The position numbers and the translations under genes were made by a program. The notes beneath the pieces were generated by a model, which searched no databases, had not been told where the DNA came from, and saw only the letters and a list, made by a program, of their open reading frames with translations. A DNA stretch of 64,000 nucleotides, taken from positions 558,001 to 622,000 of the forward strand of contig CM074812.1 of assembly GCA_037447605.1 (NCBI GenBank), in the 5' to 3' direction. This DNA comes from Zygnema circumcarinatum SAG 698-1b (taxonomy: Eukaryota; Plantae; Zygnematophyceae). This document shows, one piece after another, positions 58,757-64,000 of this stretch (position 1 is the stretch's first letter; each line of letters opens with the position of its first letter).

Positions 58757-59701
58757 CCCCTTGCCCCCTTCTCCTCCCCCCCCCACTCTCTCCCCTCATG
58801 GCGCGAGTTTTCAGGGTCTATTTGCTGCCCAGGGTATTTCTACTATGTTTGACACAGCAGAGATTATGTGACAAATGTTCCACCCTTGTTCATTGCCTTG
58901 TTCCATGTGCTTGTTCAACATCAATAGCCGTTTTTCTTCTGATTGGAGTCTTATGAGAAAATTCCGAACAGACGCATCCTGATCACCCCATGCATGCATG
59001 CATGCATGCATGCCTGCATCCCCTTGACCCCATGCATGGATGCTGATGCATGCCGATGCATGCATGCATGCATGCAGTATCGGAGGTGCTGGCCGCGGTG
59101 GTGGCCTCTCTGAAGGACCTCTGCCGCAGCAACCTCCGCGAGGTGCACCTACTCGACCGCTACGGGCGCGCCTGCCTCATGCTCGACGAGATCTGGGCGC
59201 AGGTAGGGGCACACCCGTCCGTCCGTCCAGCAGACACAAAGGGAGGGATAGACACACACAGAGAGAGGGGGCGAGGGGGGGGGGGGAAGAGGGAGAGGGG
59301 GGGAGAGAGAGAGGGAGAGAGAGAGGGGGCGGGGGGGGGGGGGAAGAGGGAGAGGGAGGGAGTGAGAGAGGGAGAGANNNNNNNNNNAGAGGGAGGGAGT
59401 GAGAGAGGGAGAGAGAGAGGGGGGGGGGAGGGGGAAGGCGGAAGGCGGAAGGCGGAAGGCGGAAGGGGGGAGGGGAAGGGGGAGGGGGGACGAGGGGGGA
59501 GTGGGAATGGGCAAGGGCGAGGGCGAGGGGGAGAGGGTGACCTTGTTAGTTAGTTGCCATGAATGGATAGCATGTGTTAGTCACCATTGGCCGTACTAAG
59601 AGAGTTGCGGCTGTTTGGGGTCCTCGCAGGGCATCTTTGAACATACGGACAAAGACCGCATTCGGCGACTGACCCGGCTCAAGCCGATGCCTGACTTTTA
59701 G
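57554..59701 (+). CDS. LOLITA: LOLITA, longin-like small subunit of the TPLATE/TSET adaptor complex
   Basis: Exons 57554-57606, 57882-57983, 58611-58690, 59078-59202, 59630-59701 (~143 aa): MLKYLLIANSAGNVLLERFHAVPLEERAQLRAHLVKLGA...VGNKEYDDLGLSE...LLDRYGRACLMLDEIWAQGIFEHTDKDRIRRLTRLKP, closely matching Arabidopsis LOLITA as I recall it. Confidence 0.9.
57707..57881 (+). repeat. 27-bp tandem repeat with a telobox core in LOLITA intron 1
   Basis: TAGGGTT at 57711, 57738, 57765, 57792, 57819, 57846 and 57872. Unit GGTTTTAGGGTTCAGAAGTGGGCGGAT. Confidence 0.88.
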
Positions 59702-60273
59702 CCAAGTTTTGACTAAGAATGGGGCCAAGTTCGCAATGCAGTGTTAACTATTATAGCTTTTACTTAGTTCAGTTTTGTTCCTTTTTCTTTTTTTTCTTCT
59801 TGCTTAATTAACTAGTGAAGTGCGGCTTTTCAGCGCATTGTATAAATCAACATTGGGAAGTATTTTTTTTTTTTCATCGTATTGCTGAATTAAAGAGGGA
59901 GGTACAACGGTTGAAATGATTCTACTTTTCAAAATCTCCACAAGAGAATGCCCTGTGCGTGGATGAATTCTCTTCATCCCAAACATAAACAGAAATTCTA
60001 CGAATGTCCTGCATCATTTGATTCCTTCAAAAAAGCTGAATAGGATTTCCACAAAATCAAAACAACTTCAAGAAAGAAATTATGCTCTCTTGCAAGCCCA
60101 AAATTCCTAAATTTCAAATTTTCCACAAGAGCCCTAGAAACCATGAACCCTGAAACCCTAACCCCAACCCTAACTTTCAGTGGTCAAGACCTCATAGCCC
60201 ATAACAGGTGCGGTACATTTAGGGTTTTTAGGGTTTTCAGGTCGACATCGGTCCCGTTTCAGAGGCGGCTCTG

Positions 60274-60316
<43 letters not shown>

Positions 60317-61121
60317 GGACTGCAACCTTCCAACAAGGGGTCTAGGAGATGAACGATGTGAGAGATTTCGGGTTGAAGACAATCCGTACTACTTGTACGG
60401 ACAATTGTTCCAAAGTTCCGGACGAGTGTACACTACATTACTTGGCAGAGTTTCGTACATTGTCTACTACTTGACAGGCTTTCTTTGACGTACGATTTGT
60501 ACAATTCTTGCGGTCCGTACGCAATTGACGGAAAAGCCGAACGGCGCCATTTGGCATGCAAAGAGAGCTCCTTGTGTCCTTCACGAGGTCTGTAACCCGA
60601 CCAATGAGGGACGTCCAAGTGGCCAAAATGTATACATGGCAGACGTCCATTGGCCGGATTTTATAAGGACCACGTGGCGTCCTTCCTTCGCTCCGCGCAG
60701 CCATGGCGGCCGGCGGCCTCTGCATGGCGGGGAGGGGAGGGCATGCAGAGGGGGAAGGAGGGCGCGGGGAGGGGGCAGGTGGAGGCTCCGGAAGCTTCGA
60801 AATACAGATATATTTTTCATTTTTTAAGTCCTGCGTTTTTGAAGTGTGTGTGAGAGAGTGGGAGATTGGAACGGCAACTTCAGCATCTGATTCAGGAGGT
60901 TTTTGCTTGAAGCTTTTTCTTTTTCAGATTTTTTATCCGGCTGCTGGTAGGTACCGCATCAATATCGTATTCAGACGACGGCGGAGATATTACAGCAGCA
61001 GAGAGAGGACAGTATTGGAAGATTACTCTGAAAAGAAGAAACCGTGGAATCAGGCTTGCGTTGAGTGTGAGACAGAAGACCTGCCCTTGTATTCAGAGCA
61101 GCAGCAGCAGCAGCCGCCGCC

Positions 61122-61337
61122 ATGGCTCCTCCCTCTCCAACCCTAGCCAACATCATCATTCCGACTGCTCTCTTCGTCCTGCTCGCTCCCGGCTTCCTCC
61201 TTGAAATTCCCGGGGAAAAAAACGCGGTGGAGGTGGGCAAGCAGAAGGTGGGGCTGCCGCCCGTTTTGACGCATGCGGCCGTGTTCGCGGCAGCTCAATA
61301 CGGAATTTCAAATTTTCTGCGCAACGTACCGAAGTGA
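61122..61337 (+). CDS. DUF3339 family small membrane protein (71 aa)
   Basis: LFVLLAPGFLLEIPG....VEVG.......VLTHAAVF matches the DUF3339 pattern LF.LL.PG.L..lPG....veFG......i.vHa.iF. GCCATGG start context. Confidence 0.75.
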   Translation: MAPPSPTLANIIIPTALFVLLAPGFLLEIPGEKNAVEVGKQKVGLPPVLTHAAVFAAAQYGISNFLRNVPK

Positions 61338-62235
61338 AGTTAAATAGAAAATACCGGTAAGGTGAGAGCTGCGTGGTATTTCTTAGTTTGGTTTCAGTCC
61401 CTTCTGGTTAGCTGGGTATTTTTTAAAGGGAAGAGAGTGAGAGAGAGAGAGAGAGAGAGAGTGTGTTTCCAGTTTTTTTAAGTGTTAAGACTTTTGTAAA
61501 AGTTGGTGGTCGAACAAATTTTCAAATTTCATGCAGGATGGTGTCCTTGATAGATTCATGTGCTGTAGTTGCAAATAAAATCCAACTCCAAGCCTTTTGA
61601 ATCTTGGATTTCTCTCTTTCATCAGGCAGAAAACGCGTCCTGGCTGCCCTTTATGCCTTTATATTTCGAAAGTTTTTGCAGACTTTGAAGCGACCCCATT
61701 GCTGACAAATTTTGTTTTCCAGGTTTTGGCGTTTGCAGGAAGCTTCTCAGAGTACGATGGCTTTCAGAGGTCGTCTGTTTCCACGTTTCAACATGGAGTT
61801 GCACATCGGCTTAGACCATCAAATAGATTACAGCGATGAATAATAATAATAGGATGGTGTACAGGGGGGGCACTATTGGGGCTTGGGATGCAGTCCGTCT
61901 GCAAAAGGACACAAGTATTTTCTTTTCTGGACCTCCTAAGGTTGCCACACTGTAAATAGATAGGGACGAGCGGGGCTGAATGAGGGTCCTTGCTGATGGT
62001 GAAATGAGGATTGGGCTGTTCTTGAATTGAAACCCTAAAAGCCACATTTTGAGTGAAGTATCCGCCTTCAGAACTCTCATAACAAACATCAAAGCGTCAA
62101 AGCAAGCAAAGTCAATTGAGGCTGCTTTGGGAGAAGAAAAATAGTCTTGACACAATGGCCGATTGGAAACTGTAGACGACGTAAAATTTACGAAAAATTA
62201 GAATAATTAGAATCATCCTGTGAAGAATACACTGT

Positions 62236-63346
62236 TTAACTTCCCGTGAAGTCTTGTGAAGCGAACTTTCGAATCGCCTTCACAAGCTCTCCGCAGGCCT
62301 CCACATGCACTGCGTGGCCCACCCCCTCCACTTCCAACACTTCGACCATCTCGCTCACTCTCTCTCTTCCTCTCTCACTTCCGCTACCTCTCTCGTCCGC
62401 TTCCTTCACACGATCCGCCGGCGAGGCAACCCCTGCACAAAACAAAAAACCAGTTAATTACCAAAAACTCGTAGAACCCAAAACCAATGAAAGCCCCTTT
62501 TTCCCTGACAGCAACAGACCCAGCCACACCTGTCTCGGCCTCGAGCACATCCATCAGTTGAAACCGCTTCATTTCGCGCTCGAAAAATGCCTCCCAACTT
62601 GCGCTCTCCTCCACGACCCCTCCAAAGAGAGAGCCCTCATTGGAAAAAATGTCAAAGTCAAACTCTTGCTGAGAGGTTAAGCTCGGCTGCTTAGCCGCAG
62701 AAGCCCCTGGGAGGTCCCCCGGCCTCCACGCGTCCCTCATTTCCGCCGCCAACCTTATAAACTTTCGGTCGAGGGCTCCGGCGACGAGGAGGAGGCGGGG
62801 GGGGCGGGAGGGGAGGGCATCCCACAGCGACCTGAAGGGGGGGGAAGGGGAGGGTGATGTAAGGCCATGTCTGACATGCATGGGAGGAGGACGGTGCGTG
62901 TGTGGGAGAGGGAAAGGGAGGGAGGGGGAGGGAGGGGGAGGGGGAGGGGGAGGGGGAGGGGGCGAGAGGGAGAGGGATAGGAGCGGGAAAAGGAGCAGGA
63001 GTGAGAGGGAGAAGGAGGGAGAGGTGTGAGAGGGAGTGAGTGGAGGGAGGGGGAGAAGAGGGAGGCGAGAAGGGGAGGAAATAGGGAAGGGGAGGGAAAG
63101 AGGACGGGGAAGGGGGAGGGCGAGAGGAAGGGGGAGGGGGAGGGCGGGAGGGAGGGTGGGTGGGAGGAGGGAGGGAGGGAGAGGAGAGAGGAGAGTGAGA
63201 GAGTGGGAGAAAGGGAGAGAAATTACGGTTGTCTGCCAGTACTGAGTGCAGAGAGAACATCTGCAGCCTCATGTGCAAGTGAATCGCTGTTCTTCCGGTC
63301 GCTCCGCCGAGCCTTGATGGAACTAAACTTGGGATGATTCCGTAAA
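62236..63346 (-). CDS. PHYLLO: 3' end of PHYLLO (MenH/SHCHC synthase alpha/beta-hydrolase domain), phylloquinone synthesis; gene continues past the window end
   Basis: Exons 63346-63227, 62831-62530, 62432-62236: SLRNHPKF...LSALSTGRQPSLWDAL...LLVAGALDRKF (catalytic Asp region) ... VEVLEVEGVGHAVHVEA (catalytic His). A stand-alone MenH gene cannot be excluded from this window. Confidence 0.82.
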
Positions 63347-63950
63347 CTGAAATCCGTCGAACCGGATTCAATGTAGTTAGGAAAAAAAACTAGACGGTTT
63401 CTTGGTTTTTTAGGGTTTTCAGGGGATATAGGCTTTTTTCGGGTGTGTTTGGGAGAGGTTTTTAGGGTCTTTAGCTCTTTTTTAGGGTTTTGAGTTTTTT
63501 CCTTATACAATATTGAGCCTTCCTTTGTACATTCACGGCCGTGAGCATTAACATAAATATAAACAGCACCTCAAATTCAAACAGATGGAACATTTAACGA
63601 AACCTTGATTCATATTTCAAACAGATGCTGGATTCCTATATTGCAGTCTGCCTCCTTGGAAGGACAGAGAGAGCGAGAGGAAGAGGGAGGGAGAGGGAGG
63701 GAAGGAGGGAGAGAGGGAGAGGGGGAGAGAGAGAAAAAGAGAGAGAGAGAGAACGCGAGAGAGAGAGAAAGGGAAGGAGGAAGGGAGCGAGGAAGGGAGG
63801 GGGAGAGGGGCAGGGAGGAAAAAAATAGAGGGAGAGGGGGAGAGAGAGTGAGAAGCGAGAGAGGGAGGAAGGGAGGGAGAAATTCGGAGGGAGGGATGGA
63901 GGGAGGGAGGGAGGGAGGACGAGTGAAGGAGGGAGAGAAGGAGAGGAAGG

Positions 63951-63981
<31 letters not shown>

Positions 63982-64000
63982 GAAGAAGTCAAAAGAGGGT

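Larger units (their letters stand above)
5650..63985. repeat. Pervasive homopurine/homopyrimidine (GA/CT) tracts in introns, UTRs and intergenic DNA
   Basis: Dozens of 50-700 bp tracts, e.g. 6112-6620, 8090-8420, 19560-19950, 44600-45280, 48780-49210. Four 10-N gaps (13001, 16943, 39763, 59378) fall within such tracts. Confidence 0.95.

Noticed and set aside
61597-62155. Short ORFs between DUF3339 and the MenH stop
   Set aside because: No recognisable product; probably convergent 3' UTRs.
26559-63346. Apparent cluster of plastid-function genes (PRC-barrel, lumen protein, MurG, Cys-rich protein, PHYLLO)
   Set aside because: They belong to unrelated pathways and are interspersed with non-plastid genes. 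Plastid-targeted genes are common enough for this to be chance.
6002-63992. Many long ORFs rich in SLSP/EREG (e.g. 6002-6649, 8072-8929, 44433-45470, 48533-49258)
   Set aside because: These are translations of GA/CT tracts that lack stop codons by composition, and most lie in modelled introns or TE interiors.

Overview
Gene-dense eukaryotic nuclear DNA from a green plant. The gene set (TPLATE-complex LOLITA, DUF3339, plastid MurG, PHYLLO/MenH, plant-type FRO) and the 5S rRNA type suggest a non-vascular streptophyte, possibly a streptophyte alga; this placement is inference. I hand-spliced intron-containing genes for BABAM1, a TOG/ARM protein, La, a plastid PRC-barrel protein, an unknown thylakoid-lumen-type protein, plastid MurG, a small Cys-rich plastid protein, two tandem ferric/cupric reductases (FRO), LOLITA and the 3' end of PHYLLO/MenH. 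The window also holds a DUF3339 gene, two orphan ORFs, tRNA-Ser(CGA) and one 5S rRNA. Introns and intergenic DNA are full of GA/CT tracts, telomere-like repeats and non-autonomous TIR elements, three with clear target-site duplications. There are four 10-N assembly gaps. The most notable signals are: (1) dense GTAC (SBP-box/copper-response core) arrays upstream of the tandem FRO pair, 22 copies in 293 bp for copy 2, suggesting an SPL7/CRR1-type copper-starvation reductase module; (2) seven ACGTGGCA (ABRE/G-box) cores spaced at an almost exact 31-bp period upstream of an unrecognised lumen-targeted protein; (3) telomere-like hexamers read as protein in two genes; (4) a MurG with a C-terminal transmembrane tail; (5) a tRNA/5S Pol III island in which each gene is followed by the same ~320-bp repeat. 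Most of the supplied six-frame ORFs are low-complexity artefacts.
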